From: Mobula hypostoma
Lineage: Eukaryota
Length of the DNA: 64,000 nucleotides
Assembly (NCBI RefSeq): GCF_963921235.1
Contig: NC_086097.1
Coordinates: forward strand, 191,210,001-191,274,000
Direction: 5' to 3'
This document shows, in pieces, positions 1 to 13,499 of this stretch. The notes under the pieces are model-generated. The model worked only from the letters and a program-made list of their open reading frames with translations. It was not told the origin of the DNA and did not search any database. Each line of letters starts with the position of its first letter. Within the stretch, counting starts at the first letter, position 1. The position numbers and the translations under genes are program-made.

Positions 1-2819
1 ATCAAATGTTGATTCTCTTGATGGCCAAACAAAGATTTAATAGAGAACCAAAATAAATTTAAGCCAGATAGCCTCTTGAACAACAGGCTTCGTTCAATTT
101 TGTATCGATTACAACTCAGCAAAACATGCTGGACTGTCTCTGGACTACCACAGTCACACAATCCAGTAGGATGTTTTCCTATTATCCTTAAATAATAGTT
201 TAACCCACAATGCCCCAACCTAAGTCTTGTAAGTTTCACCATAACTCTACGACTTAAAAGGTAACAGTCTGAGACCTTTTCAACTAGTGGGTGACTAGAA
301 AAATAACGCCTGCCCCTTAGTTCATTTTTTCAATCCTCCTGCCACTTCTTCTCTATACCTTTTTCAATCCTACTTCTCAATTCTGCTCTGCCCAGGGGAA
401 CTCTAATTTCTACTTGCCTACTCTGTAAGGAAGACTTTGCAATGCCATCCACAATTTCATTTCCCTCCACCCCAGCATGCCCAGGTATCCATGAAAATCT
501 AACTGCACAACCCATCTTCCTTACTCTAAACAAAACTAAGAATCTCAATAACTATGTCAGGACGAGCTTTTAATTTACTCCCTTTCATAGACTCTAAGGC
601 AGCAGCAGAATCTGAACAGATGATAATCCTATGTGGTCGAGAGTCTTCTATCCACCATAAGGCCCGGAGGATTGCTAATAATTCTGTTGCAAAGACAGAA
701 ACACCATCTGAAACCCGGTGACCAAATGTAACTCCAAGTTGAGACACATACATCCCAAATCCTGCCCTACTTCTCTCTGGGTCCACTGAGCCATCAGTGA
801 AAATCTTCAGATAAGATCCCCATTTATTATTTAAATATTCATTTGTGATCAACGCTGATGAAATTTCACTGCTTCCTTTAAGCTGAAAAGGGAGGAATAG
901 GTCTACTTCTGGTTCTGGAAAGAGTCAAAAAGGGACGGGTGGCAAGCAAATGAAGCAAATTTGGTCAACTATGTCTTCCTCAGTCAGTTTCAATTTCACA
1001 TCCCAGTTATTAACCAAATCTAAAAATGGGTATCTTTTAATTTTACTTTGGCGCTCCGACTTCCCCTGCAAAAGACACTTTGATGGACAGCTGTGATTGA
1101 ATCCATTTAGTTTTACCCAATACTGCAGGCCCAACTGAATTCGTCTTAAATGCAGAGGCAGTTCTCCCATCTCCACACATAATGCCGGGACTGATGTTGT
1201 TCTAAAAGCTCCACAACAGAGTCTAAGTGCTTTGGACTGCACAGTGTCTAGTTTTCCAAGCACTATGGTAGCAGCGAAACCATAAGCAATACAACTATAA
1301 TCTATAACTGACCTAATCATTGCTAGATATATTAAGTACATAGTTTCCTGCCCTGCTCCTCAGTTGCATCCAGCAATACTTCTCATAACATTTAAAACTT
1401 TCTCACACTTTCCAATTGTTTTATCTATATGAACCCTCCAAGTAAGTCTTTCATCAAACCAGACACCTAAAAACTTGAATACCTTGACTCGTTCTAGTGG
1501 AGAATCATATAGACACAATTCACAATTAGGAATCTTTCTTCTAAAGCCAAAAATCATGTATTTGGACTTAGAAGCAGAAATCCTAAAACCCCATTTATTA
1601 GTCCAGTTTTCCACTGATGTTAAAGCCTTTTGTACCTGCCTTAATATATACTTGATGTTTCTTCCTCTTTTCCAATTGCACCATCATCTGCAAACAATGA
1701 TTTGCCAAATCTTGTCCCTACCTGATCAAAGATATTATTTATCATGACATTAAAAACTGGACTAATGACACTTCCTTGAGGGGTATCATTACCTATTTTA
1801 ACTGACTTGGAGCTTGTTCCATCTGTTCTTACTTGAATTTCCCTTTCCTTAAGAAAATCTTTGATCCAGTTAAACATTCTACTTCTAATTCCCACATCAT
1901 AGAGTTTAATTAATAAACCATCCTTCCATAGTGAGTCGTACACTCTTTCAATATCTAGAAATACACTTCTCTATTTTGAAATGCTTTTTTAATATCATAA
2001 TCTAAAAGGGCAACAGATACCATTGTTGATCTTCCAGTTCTAAAACCATTTTGATAGGCAGCAAAATGTCCCTCATTTTCCAAAAAATAAACAAGTCTGT
2101 TGGTGACCATTCGTTCCATAGTTTTACAAAGCACTGACGTTAAAGCTATAGGCCAATACAAACTAGGACTAGAGGCGTCCTTACCTGGCTTTAAAACTGG
2201 AACTACCACCACACACTTCCATTCTACTGGTAATTTTCCTTGTTTCCACACTGAATTAAACAATGCTAGAATTTCTATTAATACAGAGTCATCTAAATGT
2301 TTAAGCAATTCATAACACAGTCCATGCCTACCAGGAGAAGTGTTTGAACCTGATTGGACAGCTTCCTGCAATTCCTGAAGGGAGAAAAACAAATTCATGA
2401 AACTAATATCATCCAAACTCTTATCCAATTTCCAACTTTTCTTTAACATAATTTCCTTTCTCAAATCACCTAACTCCCCAGAACTGTGTAACACTTGGAA
2501 CACCTCTACAAACATATTAGTTTTTTCCTTATTGGTTAAAGCTTCAATATCTCCTTCCAGCAAAGGGGGGATAGATGGTTTCCTATATCTCCCTGACCTG
2601 CTGTGAATGATCGTCCATAGCTGCTTTACAGGTGTCTCAGGGCCCAGGGTTCTGCAAAATCTTCTCCAACTATCCTTCTTTGTATTTTTAATTACTCTCC
2701 TTGCTACTGCTTTTTCCTTTTTATACTCCATAACATTATCTGACACCGGGCACTTTCTTAATTTCCTGTAAGCTCTATTTCTGTTTCTTACTGCTATATC
2801 ACAATTTTTATTCCACCAC
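1..2819 (-). mobile_element. I/Nimb-type LINE, 5'-truncated copy 1: RT, RNase H and C-terminal Cys/His knuckle; frameshifted; runs off the window start
   Basis: ORF pieces with PIALTSVLCKTMERM, QNGFR, PQGSVISP, LFADD, FLGVWFD; RNase H IFTDGS, SVFATELLAI, CSDS, WIPGHAGVEGNEIVD; HPTGLCDCGSPETVQHVLLSC read near 100-180. Confidence 0.92.
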
Positions 2820-2972
2820 AGGCAGAGGATGAATCCTGACGCTATTTATGAAGCCAGCACAAATGGGAATCAGCTGCCTCAACAGAAATTGGGGAAAACT
2901 GGAAAACCTGGAATAAGGAGCATGGACCGGACCGTGAACTGGAATGTGGGTTTCATGGGCTGGACCATGACA
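2820..2972 (-). mobile_element. Possible LTR fragment cut by the Nimb LINE
   Basis: Reverse strand starts TGTCATGGTCC, an LTR-like terminus; non-coding; other end missing. Confidence 0.3.
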
Positions 2973-2975
2973 GTT

Positions 2976-3550
2976 ATCATTTATCTGGCCTCATTTTCTA
3001 GCGGTCCTATATCCACTCTCACCTCTCTGTTATTTTTTACATACTGAAAAATGATTTTGCTGTCCACTTTGGTATTGCTGCTAGCTTGCTTTCATACTTC
3101 ATCTTTATCTTTTCCCTCCTAATAATTCTTTTAGTTGCTTTCTGTAGGGTTTTAAAAAGTTCTGAATCCTTTGTCTTCCCACAATTTTTTGTTTCTTTTG
3201 CTTTTACATTAGTTTCAACTTCCCTTGTCAGCCGTGGTTGTACTATTTTGCCATTTGAGTATTTCTTTGTTTTTGGAATACATCTATTCTGTACCTTCCT
3301 CATTTTTCCTAGAAACTCATCCCATTGTTGCTCTGCTGTCATCCCTGCCAATATCTCCTTCCAATTTACTTTAGCCAAATCCTCTCTCATACCACTATAA
3401 CTTCCTTTTCTCCACTGAAATACTGCTGTCAGACTCTACTTTCTCCCTATCAAATTTCAAGTTGAACTCAATCACATTGTGATCACTGCCTCCAAAGGGT
3501 TCTTTTACTTTCAGCTCCCTAATCACCTCCAGTTCATTACATAACAATAG
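2976..3550 (-). mobile_element. CR1 ORF2 fragment (APE end and linker)
   Basis: EPFGGSDHNVIEF and MREDLAKVNW in ORF track. Confidence 0.85.
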
Positions 3551-3574
3551 CAGGCCATGACAAAAACCTCTAAA

Positions 3575-5887
3575 AACCATAAGACCATAAGGCATAGGAG
3601 CAGAATAAGTTAATTCAGCCAATAGAGCCTGCTCTGCCATTCCATCATGGCCATACACCTGCCTTCTCACCATATCCGTTGATGCTCTGACCAATCAGGA
3701 AACAATCAACTTCCGCCTTAAATATACCCACGGACCTGGCCTCCATCGCAGCCTGTGGCAGAGCATTCCACAGATTCATTATACTCTGGCTAAAAAAATT
3801 CTACCTTACCTTTGTTGTAAACAGTCATCCCTCAATTTTGAGGCTGTGCCCTCTATTTATGGATACCCCCACCATAGAAAACATCCTCTCCACATCCACC
3901 CTATGTAGTCCTTTCAACATTCAGTTGGTTTCCTTGAGATCCCCATGCATTCATCTAAACTCCAGTGAGTACAGGCCCAAAACTGCCAAACGCTCTTCAT
4001 TTGTTAATTCTTCATTCAAGGAATCATCCTCATGAGCCTCCACTGGACTCTCTCCAATGACACCACATCCTTTCTGAGATATGGGGCCCAAAACTGTTGA
4101 CAATACTCCAAGTGCAGCCTGGCTAGTGTCTTATAAGCCTTAGCATTACCTCCATGCTTTCGTATTCTATTCCCCTGAAATAAATACGAACGTTGCATTG
4201 ACCTTCTTTACCACAGACTCAATCTAAAATTAACCTTCTGGGAGCCTTGCACAAGGACTCCAACGTTTCTCTGGGCCTCTGATGATTGAACCTTCTCCCC
4301 ATTTAAAATTTAGTCCTTTTACCAATATGTATTATCATACACTTCTCAACACAGTGTTCCATCTTCTACTTTTTTGCCCGTTCTTCAAATTTGTCCAAGC
4401 CCTGAGGCAATCGCATTGCTTCCTGAGCATTACCTACCTATCCACCTATCTTTGTATCATCCACAAACTTTGCCCAATGTCATCATTTCCATTACCTAAA
4501 TCATTGACAAAGTAAAAAGCAACAGTCCCAATACTGACACCTGAGGAACACCATTGGTCACTGGCAGCCGACCAGAAAAGGCCCCTTTACTCCCACTCAC
4601 TACCACCTGCCTGTCAGCCATTCCTCTATCCACGCCAGTATCCTTCCTGTAACGCCATAGGACTTTACCTTGTTAAGCAGCCTCAAGTGTGGCACCTTAT
4701 CAAACACCTTCTGAAAATTCAAGTAAATGACATCCTTTGTCCACTCTGCTTATTACTTGCTCGAAGAACTCTAACAGATTTGTCAGGCAACATCTCCCTT
4801 TACAGAAATCGTGTTGACTTTGACTTATTTTATCATTAGTCTCCAAGTACCCCCACACCTCATGCTTTTCCAACCACTAAGGTTAGGCTAACTGGCCTAT
4901 AATTTCATTTCATTTGCCTTCTTCCCTTCTTATTGAGTAGAGTGACATTTGCAATCTCCCAGTCCTCCAAGACATGCCAGAATTGAGTGATTCTTGAAAA
5001 CCGTGATAAATGCATCAATTATCTCTTCAGCAACCTTTCTCAGGACTCTGGTATGTAGTTCATCTGGTCCAGGTGTCTTATCCACCTTAAGACCTTTCAG
5101 TTTGCCTGGCACTCTTTCCTTTGTAATCGCAATCTTATGGAAACATATATAATTATGAAAGGGTTAGATAAGATAGAGGCAGGAAAGCTGTTTCCAATGA
5201 TAGGTGAGACTAGAACTAGGAGACATAGCCTCAAGAATTGGGGAGTAGATTTAGTACGGAGGTGAGGAGGAACTGCCTATCCCAGAGGGTGGCGAATCTG
5301 GAATTCTCTGCCCAATGAAGCAGTGGAGGCTACCTCAGTAAATATATCTAAGACAAGGTTGGATAAATTGTTGCATAGTAGGGGAATTAAAGGTTATGAG
5401 GAAAAGGCAGGTATGTGGAGATGAGTCCATGGCCGGATCAGCCATGATCTTATTGGATGGTAGAGCAGGCTCTACAGGCCAGATGGTCTACTCCTGCTCC
5501 TATTTCTTAGGTTCTTATGTTCTAATTGGCATTCACTCCTGCTCCCTGACACTCACGGACCTCTGCCACACATTAGTGTCTTCAACAGTGAAGACCAATG
5601 CAAAGTATTCACTAAGTTCATCTGCCATCTCTTTGTCCCCCAATACTACATCACCAGCATCATTTTCCAATGGTCTAATATCAACTCTCACCTCCCTTTT
5701 AATCTCATAGGCATTCAACAAACTCACCTTGTTGAGATTCATTTCCAACCTAATTTTCCCAATTGACCTGCATGTTGAAATCTCCCATGACTCTCATATG
5801 TGTGGCATGCCATTTCTAATTTCTGTTATAATCTGTGGTCTACATATGACTGTAATCAGGTTCCTTTTACCCTTGCAGTTTCTTAAC
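3575..5887 (-). mobile_element. Degenerate CR1 ORF2 to 3' tail, interrupted at 5134-5523
   Basis: KTPGPDELH, RLHLEYCQQFWAP, short tandem tail near 3577-3595. Confidence 0.85.
5134..5523 (+). mobile_element. 5'-truncated CR1 3' end nested in opposite orientation
   Basis: CR1 ORF2 C-terminus and TTCTTATG-type tail; host CR1 resumes on both sides. Confidence 0.8.
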
Positions 5888-6410
5888 TCAATAGGTACAT
5901 TTAATGACAGAGAAATGTATACAATATACATCTGAAATTCTTTTTCTTCGCAAACATCTACGAAAACAGAGGAATGCCACAAGGAATGAATGACAGTTAA
6001 ATGTTAGAACCCTAAAGACCCCCCAGCTCCCCCTCCCATGCACAAGCAGCAGCAAGGTAAAGAACCCCCCACCCCCAGCAGCAAAAAGTATCAGTGCTCT
6101 GCACTGAGCACTCAAGTGCGCAGCAAAGCGTCAATATAGACATAGACTTGCAGTACCCCAAAAACTACTTGTTCACCTGGGAAGCACAGCACAGGCGCTC
6201 TCTCTCCCTACTAAGGGAAAAAGAGATGTCCCCATTTCACAGTGAGAGGAGAGACATAACAAACAACTCACTGAATTGTCACAAGTCTGTTGCATCACTT
6301 ATTCCGAGCTCTGCGCTCAGAAAGTCGGCAGCAAAAAGGCTCAGATCTCTGAACACACAACCACCAGCAACTGACCCGCTGATCTCAATGTTTCATATTC
6401 TTCCACAAGA
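5888..6410 (-). mobile_element. Non-coding LINE-3'UTR/SINE-like repeat
   Basis: Interrupts a CR1 APE fragment; reverse strand ends ATTAAATGTACCTATTG; family not assigned. Confidence 0.45.
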
Positions 6411-7756
6411 CACTGTCCTCATATTCATCAAGATCCCTCTTACTGGTGAATACTGAAGCAAAGTGTTCATTAAGGACATCCCCTACCTCTTTGACTCCAG
6501 GCACGTTTAATCTATAATCCCTGATTGGTTTTACCCTAACTTTAGTTATCTTCCTGTTTTTCACATATGCCCTGGGGACCTTAACCCTACTCGCTTCATG
6601 GTGTACAAAGGATGTAGAAAATCTAGCTAAGAAGAAAAGAAAACCTTACAAAAAGTTCAAGAAACTAGGTACTGTTAGAGCTCTAGAAAATTACAAGGTT
6701 GCTAGGAAGGAGCTTAAGAATGGAATTAGGAGAGCCAGAAGGGTCCATGAGAAGGTGTTGGTGAGCAGGATTAAAGATAACTCCAAGACATTCTACAAGG
6801 ATGTGAAGAACAAGCGGATGAGTCGTGTGAGAATAGGATCGTTCAGGTGCAATAGTGGAAATGTGTACATGGAGTTGCAGGAGGTTGCAGAGGCTTAATG
6901 AATACTTTGCTTCAGTATTCACCAGGGAAAATGACCTTGGCAATTGTGGGGATGACTTACAGTGGACTGAATTGCTTGAGCATGTAGAAAAAGGATGTGC
7001 TGGAGCTTATGAAAAGCATTAAGTTAGATACGTCATTGGGCTGACTGAGATATATCCCAGGCTATTGTGGGAAGTGAGGGAGGAGACTGCTGAGCCTCTT
7101 GTGATGATCTTTGCATCATCAATAGGGACAGGAGAAGTGCCAGTGGATTGGAGGGTTGCAAATATTGTTCCAGTGTTCAAGAAAGACAGTAGAGATAACC
7201 CAGGAAATTATAGACCAGTGAGTCTGACTTCAGTGGTGGGCAAGATGTTGGAGAAGATCCTGAGAGATAGGATTTATGAGCATTTGGAGAGACATAATCT
7301 GATTAGGAATAGTCAGCATGGTTTTGTCAAGGGCAGGTCATGCCTTATGAGCCTGATTGAATTCTTTGAGGAAGTAACAAAACACATTGATGAAGGTAGA
7401 GCAGTGGGTGTCGTGTATATGGATTTCAGTAAGGTATTCGATAAGGTTCTCCATGCTAGGCTCCTTCAGAAAGTAAGGAGCCTTGGAGCCTTACTTTCTG
7501 AAGGAGCCTTGTATGGAGAACCTTGCTTTGTGGATCCAGAATTGACTTGCCCACACAAGGCAAAGGGTGGTTGCAGATGGTTCGTAGTCTGCATGGAGGA
7601 TGGTAACCAGTAGTGTTCCGCAGGGATCTGTTCTGGAACTCTGTGATATTTAAATTGACATGGATGAAGAAGTAGAAGGGTGGGTTAGTAAGTTTGCTGA
7701 TGACAAATGTTGGGGGTATTGTGGATAGTCTGATGGTTTATCAAAGGTTACAGTGG

Positions 7757-10700
7757 AGTATTGTGGGGAAGGCTGATGAGCTGAGGGAGTGGATTGACAC
7801 ATGAAATTATGACATTATAGCCATTAGTGAAACTTTAGTGAAACTTGGCTGCAGGAGGGGCAGGACTGGCAACTTAATGTTCTAGGGTTCCGATGTTTCA
7901 GATGTGATAGAGGCAGAGGAATGAAGGTTGGGGTCTGGCATTGCTAGTCAGGGAAAATGTTACAGCAGTGCTCAGGCAGGACAGATGAGAGGGCTTGTCT
8001 ACCAAGGCCATATGGGTGGAGCTGAGAAACAGGAAAGGTATGACCACATTAATGGGGTTGTATTATAGGCCACCCAATAGTCAGCGAGAATTGGAGGAGC
8101 AATTGTAGAGAGATAACAGACAACTGCAGGAAACATAAAGTTGTGATAGTAGGGGATTTTAATTTTCCACATATTGATTGGGATTCCCATACTGCTAAAG
8201 GTCTAGACGGGTTAGAGTTTGTAAAATGTGTTCAGGAAAGTTTTCTAAATCAATATATAGAGGTACCTACTAGAGAGGATGCAATATTAGATCTCCTATT
8301 AGGAAACGAGTTAGGACAGGTGACGGAAGTGTGTGTAGGGGAACACTTTGGTTCCAGTAATCATAACACCAATAGTTTCAACTTGATCATGGATAAAGAT
8401 TGATCTGGTCCTCGGGTTGAGGTTCTAAACTGGAAAAAGACCAAATTTGAAGAAATGAGAAAGGATCTAAAAAACGTGAATTGGGACAGGTTGTTCTCTG
8501 GCAAGGATGTGATTGGTAAGTGGGAGGCCTTCAAAGGAGAAATTTTGAGAGTGCAGAATTTGTATGTTCCTGTCAGGATTAAAGGCAAAGTGAATAAGAA
8601 TAAGGAACCTTGGTTCTCAAGGGATGTTGGAACTCTGATAAAGAAGAAGAGAGAGATGTATGACATGTATAGGAAACAGGGAGCAAATAAGGTGCTTGAG
8701 GAGTATAAAAAGTCCAAAAATATATATTTAAGAAAGAAATCAGGAGGATTAAAGGAAGACATGAGGTTGCTTTGGCAGTCAAGGTAAAGGATAATCCAAA
8801 GAGCTTCTACAGGTATATTAAGAGCAAAAGGATAATAAGGGATAAAATTGGTCTTCTTGAAGATCAGAGTGGTCAGCTATGTATGGAACCAAAAGAAATG
8901 GGGGAGATCTTAAATGGTTTTTTTGTGTCTGTATTTACTAAGGAAACTGGCATGGAGTCAATGGAAATAAGGCAAACAAGTAGTGAGGTCATGGAACCTA
9001 TACAGATTGAGGAGGAGGAGGTGCTTGCTACCTTGAGGCAAATCAGAGTAGATGAGTCCCCAGGACCTGACAGGGTATTCCCTCGGACCCTGAAGGAGAC
9101 TAGTGTTGAAATTGTAGGGGCCCTGGCAGATATACATAAAATGTCGGTATCTACGGGTGAGGTGCCGGAGGATCAGAGGATAGCTCATGTTGTTCCGTTA
9201 TTTTAAAAAGGCTCTAAGAGTAATCCAGGAAATTATAGGCCGGTAAATTTGACATCGGTAGTAGGTAAATTATTGGCAGGAGTACTGAGAGATAGGATCT
9301 ATAAGTATTTGGATAGACAGGGACAGGGACTTATTAGGGACTTAATATGGCTTTGTGTGTGGTAGGTCATGTTTAACCAATCTATTAGAGTTTTTCGAGG
9401 AGGTTACCAGGAAAGTGGATGAAAGGAAGGAAGGCAGTAGATGTTGTCTACATGGACTTCAGTAAGGCCTTTGACAAGGTCCCACATGGGAGGATAGTTA
9501 AGAATATTCAGTTGCTAGATATACATGGAGAGGTGGTAAATTGGATTAGACATTAGTTCAATGGAAGAAGCCAGAGAGTGGTAGTGGAGGATTGCTTCTC
9601 TGAGTGGAGGCCTGTGACTAGCGGTGTGCCACAGGGATCAGTGCTGGGTCCATTGTTACTTGTCATCTTTATCAATGAACTGGATGATAATGTGGTAAAT
9701 TGGATCAGCAAATTTGCTGATGATACTAAGATTGGAGGTATGGTGGACAGTGAGGAAGGTTTTCAAAGCTTGCAGAGGGATTTGGACCAGCTGGAAAAAT
9801 AGGCTGAAAAATGGCAGATGGAGTTTAATACAAACAAGTGTGAGGTATTGCACTTTGGAAGGACAAACCAAGGTAGAACATACAAGATAAATGGTACGGC
9901 ATTGAGGAGTGCAGTAGAACAGAGGGATCTGGGAATATAGATACAAAATTCCCTAAAAGTGGCGTCACAGGTCGATAGGATCGTAAAGAGAGCTTTTGGT
10001 ACATTGGCCTTTATAAATCAAAGTATTGAGTGTTAGCAGTGAGGAGGATGCTAAGAGGATGCAGGGTGACTTGGATAGGTTGGGTGAGTGGGCAAACTCA
10101 TGGCAGATGCAATTTAATGTGGATAAATGTGAAGTTATCCACTTTGGTGGCAAAAATAGGAAAACAGATTATTATCTGAATGGTGGCTGATTAGGAAAAG
10201 GGGAGGTGCAACGAGACCTGGGTGTCATTATACACCAGTCATTGAAAGTGGGCATGCAGGTACAGCAGGCGGTGAAAAAGGCGAACGGTATGCTGGCATT
10301 TATAGCGAGAGGATTCGAGTACAGGAGCAGGGAGGTACTACTGCAGTTGTACAAGGCCTTGGTGAGACCACACCTGGAGTATTGTGTGCAGTTTTGGTCC
10401 CCTAATCTGAGGAAAGACATCTTTGCCATAGAGGGAGTACAAAGAAGGTTCACCAGATTGATTCCTGGGATGGCAGGTCTTTCATATGAAGAAAGACTGG
10501 ATGAACTGGGCTTGTACTCGTTGGAATTTAGAAGATTGAGGGGGGATCTGATTGAAACATATAAGATCCTAAAGGGATTGGACAGGCTAGATGCGGGAAG
10601 ATTGTTCCCGATGTTGGGGAGGTCCAGAACGAGGGGTCACAGTTTGAGGATAGAGGGGAAGCCTTTTAGGACCGAGATTAGGAAAAACTTCTTCACACAG

Positions 10701-11537
10701 AGAGTGGTGAATCTGTGGAATTCTCTGCCACAGCAAACTGTTGAGGCCAGTTCATTAGCTATGTTTAAAAGGAAGTTAGATATGGCCCTTGTGGCTACAG
10801 GGGTCAGGCGGTATGGAGGGAAGGCTGGGTTCTGAGTTGGATGATCAGCCATGATCATAATAAATGGCGGTGCAGGCTCGAAGGGCCGAATGGCCTACTC
10901 CTGCACCTATTTTCTATGTTTCTATGTTTCTATAAGAGTTGAAATGTTATGATGAGGTTGTATAAGGCATTGGTGAGGCCGAATCTGGAGTATTGTGGTC
11001 AGTTTTGGTCACCAAACTACAGGAAGGATATTAATGAGGTTGGAAGAGTGCAGAGAAGGTTTACAAGAATGTTGTCAGGACTTGAGAAACTGAGTTACAA
11101 AGGAAGGTTGAATAGGTTAGGACTTTATTCCCTGGAGTGTAGAAGAATGAGGGGAGATTTGATAGAGGTATATAAAATTATGATGGGTATAGATAGAGTG
11201 AATGCAAGCAGACGTTTTCCACTGAGGCTCGGGGAGAAAAAAAACAAAGGACATGGGTTAAAGGTGAAGGCGTAAAAGTTTAAAGGGAACATTAGTGGGG
11301 GCTTCTTCACACAGAGAGTGGTGGGAGTGTGGAATGAGCTGCCAGATGAAGTGGTAAATGCAGGCTCACTTTTAACGTTTAAGAAAAACTTGGACAGGTA
11401 CATGGATGGGAGGTGTATGGAGGAATATGGTCCAGGTGCAGGTCAGTGGAACTAGGCAGAAAAATGGTTCGGCACAGCCAAGAAGGGCCAAAAGGCCTGA
11501 GTCTGTGCTGTAATGTTCTATGGTTCTATGGTTCTAT
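7757..11537 (+). mobile_element. CR1 copy B, near-complete ORF2 (APE+RT), disrupted, (TTCTATGG)n tail
   Basis: VGDFNFP, LDLLL, SPGPD, GVPQGSVLGP, KFADD, RPNLEYC. Confidence 0.92.
10032..10930 (+). mobile_element. CR1 copy C, young 5'-truncated insertion in copy B
   Basis: 209-aa open ORF2 C-terminus 10206-10835; (TTTCTATG)n tail; host reads ATTGAG|TATAAGAG when removed. Confidence 0.92.
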
Positions 11538-12329
11538 GGGTCATCGATAGGATGCAGAACTAGGCTGAGATGTGGCAGATGGACCTCAACCCAGATAAGT
11601 GTGAAGTGGTTCATTTTGGTAGGTCAAATTTGAAGGCAGAATATGATATTAACAGTAAGACTCTTGGCAGTGTGGAGGATCAGCGATATCTTGGGGTCCA
11701 TGTTCATAAGACACTCAAGCTGCTGTGCAAGTTGACAGTGTTGTTAAGAAGGCACATTGTGTGTTAGTATTCATCAACCATGGGATTGAGTTCAAGAGCC
11801 GTGAGGTGATGTTACAGCTATATAAGACCTTGGTCAGACTCTACTTGGAGTACTGTGTTCAGTTCTGGTCACCACACTACAAGAAGGATGTGGATACTAT
11901 AGAGAGAGTGCAGAGGAGATTTACAAGGATGTTGTCTGGCTTGGAGGACATACCTTGATGAGAACAGGTTCAGTGAACTTGGCCTTTTCTCCTTGGAGCG
12001 ACGGAGGATGAAAGGTGACCTGATAGAGGTGTATAAGATGATGAGGGGCTTTGATCATACGAATAGCCAGAAGCTTCTTCCCACAGCTGAAATGACCAAC
12101 ACGAGGGGACATAGTTTTAAGGTGCTTAGAAGTAGGTACCGAGACTATGTTAGGGGTAAGTTTTTCACACAGAAAGTGGTGAGTACGCAGAGTGCACTGC
12201 AGGGAGCGGTGGTGGAACAGATACAATAAGGTCTTTTAAGATCTTCTTAGATAGGTACATGGAGATTAGAAACATAGAGGGTATTGCACTAGGGAAATTC
12301 TAGGCAGTTCCTAGAGTAGGTTACATAGT

Positions 12330-12890
12330 CAGCACAATATTGTGGGCTGAAGGGCCTGTAATGTGCTGTAGATTTCTATGTTCTGTATTTCCTCTTTTAT
12401 TCCTGATCTGTCCTACCCTCATTCTAGTAATCTACCTGTTCTTCACGTATATGTAGAACATCTTTTGGGTTTTTCTTAATCCTGTTCATCAAAGCTTTCT
12501 CATGTCCTCTTCTAGCTCTAAGTCCATTCTTAAGTACCTTCCTGGCTACCTTGTAACTCTCTAGAACCCTGTCTGATATTTGCTTATTAAAGTATAAATA
12601 TACTTCTTTCTTCCTCTTAACTAATTGCTCCACATATCTAGTCAACTACGGCTCTTCACCCTACCATACTTTTCCTGCTCTGCCACAGACAGCGGTGATG
12701 GCCAAGACCGTGGGAATATATTAAGCAAAAATTGATAACTTTTCTGATTGGTCAGGGCATCAAAAGTTATGGCAAGAAGGCAGGTGTGTGGGGTTGAGTG
12801 GGATCAGGGATCAGCTATGATGCAATAGTGGAGAAGACTCGATGGGCTGAATGGCCTAATTCTGCTTCTATGTCTTATGTCTTATGGTCT
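12330..12890. mobile_element. CR1 fragments (minus 12330-12680, plus 3' end 12680-12890)
   Basis: Similarity to CR1 linker and 3' tail seen elsewhere in the window. Confidence 0.7.
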
Positions 12891-13024
12891 CAATGGGACA
12901 AAAATCTATCCAAAATCCCATGCAAGTGTTCCCTAAACAGCGTCCATATTTCTGTTGTGTATTTCTCTGAGTACATCTGTTCCTAATTTACGTTCCCAAG
13001 ATCTCACTAAACAGCATTGTAATT

Positions 13025-13447
13025 TTCCCTCATCATCAAGGACCTCCACCACACAGGCCATGTTCTCTTCTTGCTGCTGCTATCAGGAAGGAGGTACAGG
13101 ATCCTTAAGTCCTACACTATCAGGCTCCTGAACCAGATTGGATAACTTCCCTCACTCCAACGTTGAGCTAATTCCACAATCTATGGACTCATATTCAAGG
13201 ATTCTATATCACATGTTCTCAAAATTCATTAGTTAGTTATTTAGTGTTATTATTTTGTTTTTTTTATTTTCTTTTCTATTTGCACAGTTTGTTGTCGTTT
13301 GCACTTTAGTTGTTTGTCAAACTTCTTGTGCAGTTTTTCATTAATTCCGTGGTATTTCTTTGTATTTCCTGTGAATACCCACAAGGAAATGAATCTTTGG
13401 GTGATATATACAGTATGTACTCTGATAAGAAATTTACTTTGAACTTT
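13025..13447 (+). mobile_element. Rex1/Babar-like LINE 3' end or derived SINE
   Basis: CATCATCAAGGACC...TTTACTTTGAACTTT shared with 56290-56690 and 58150-58600. Confidence 0.7.
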
Positions 13448-13499
13448 CCCCTAATTAAATACTTCCTGCAGAGCAAACTGAAAGATCACATTGAGTTTA

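Larger units (their letters stand above)
6597..12330 (+). mobile_element. CR1 copy A (ORF2 RT to 3' tail), split by nested copy B
   Basis: NYRPVSLTS, SQHGF, YMDFSK in 7065-7613; reading breaks at QRLQ (7756) and resumes at IDRMQN (11540). Confidence 0.88.

Noticed and set aside
10206..10835. Intact 209-aa ORF
   Set aside because: CR1 ORF2 C-terminus in a 5'-truncated copy lacking the RT core
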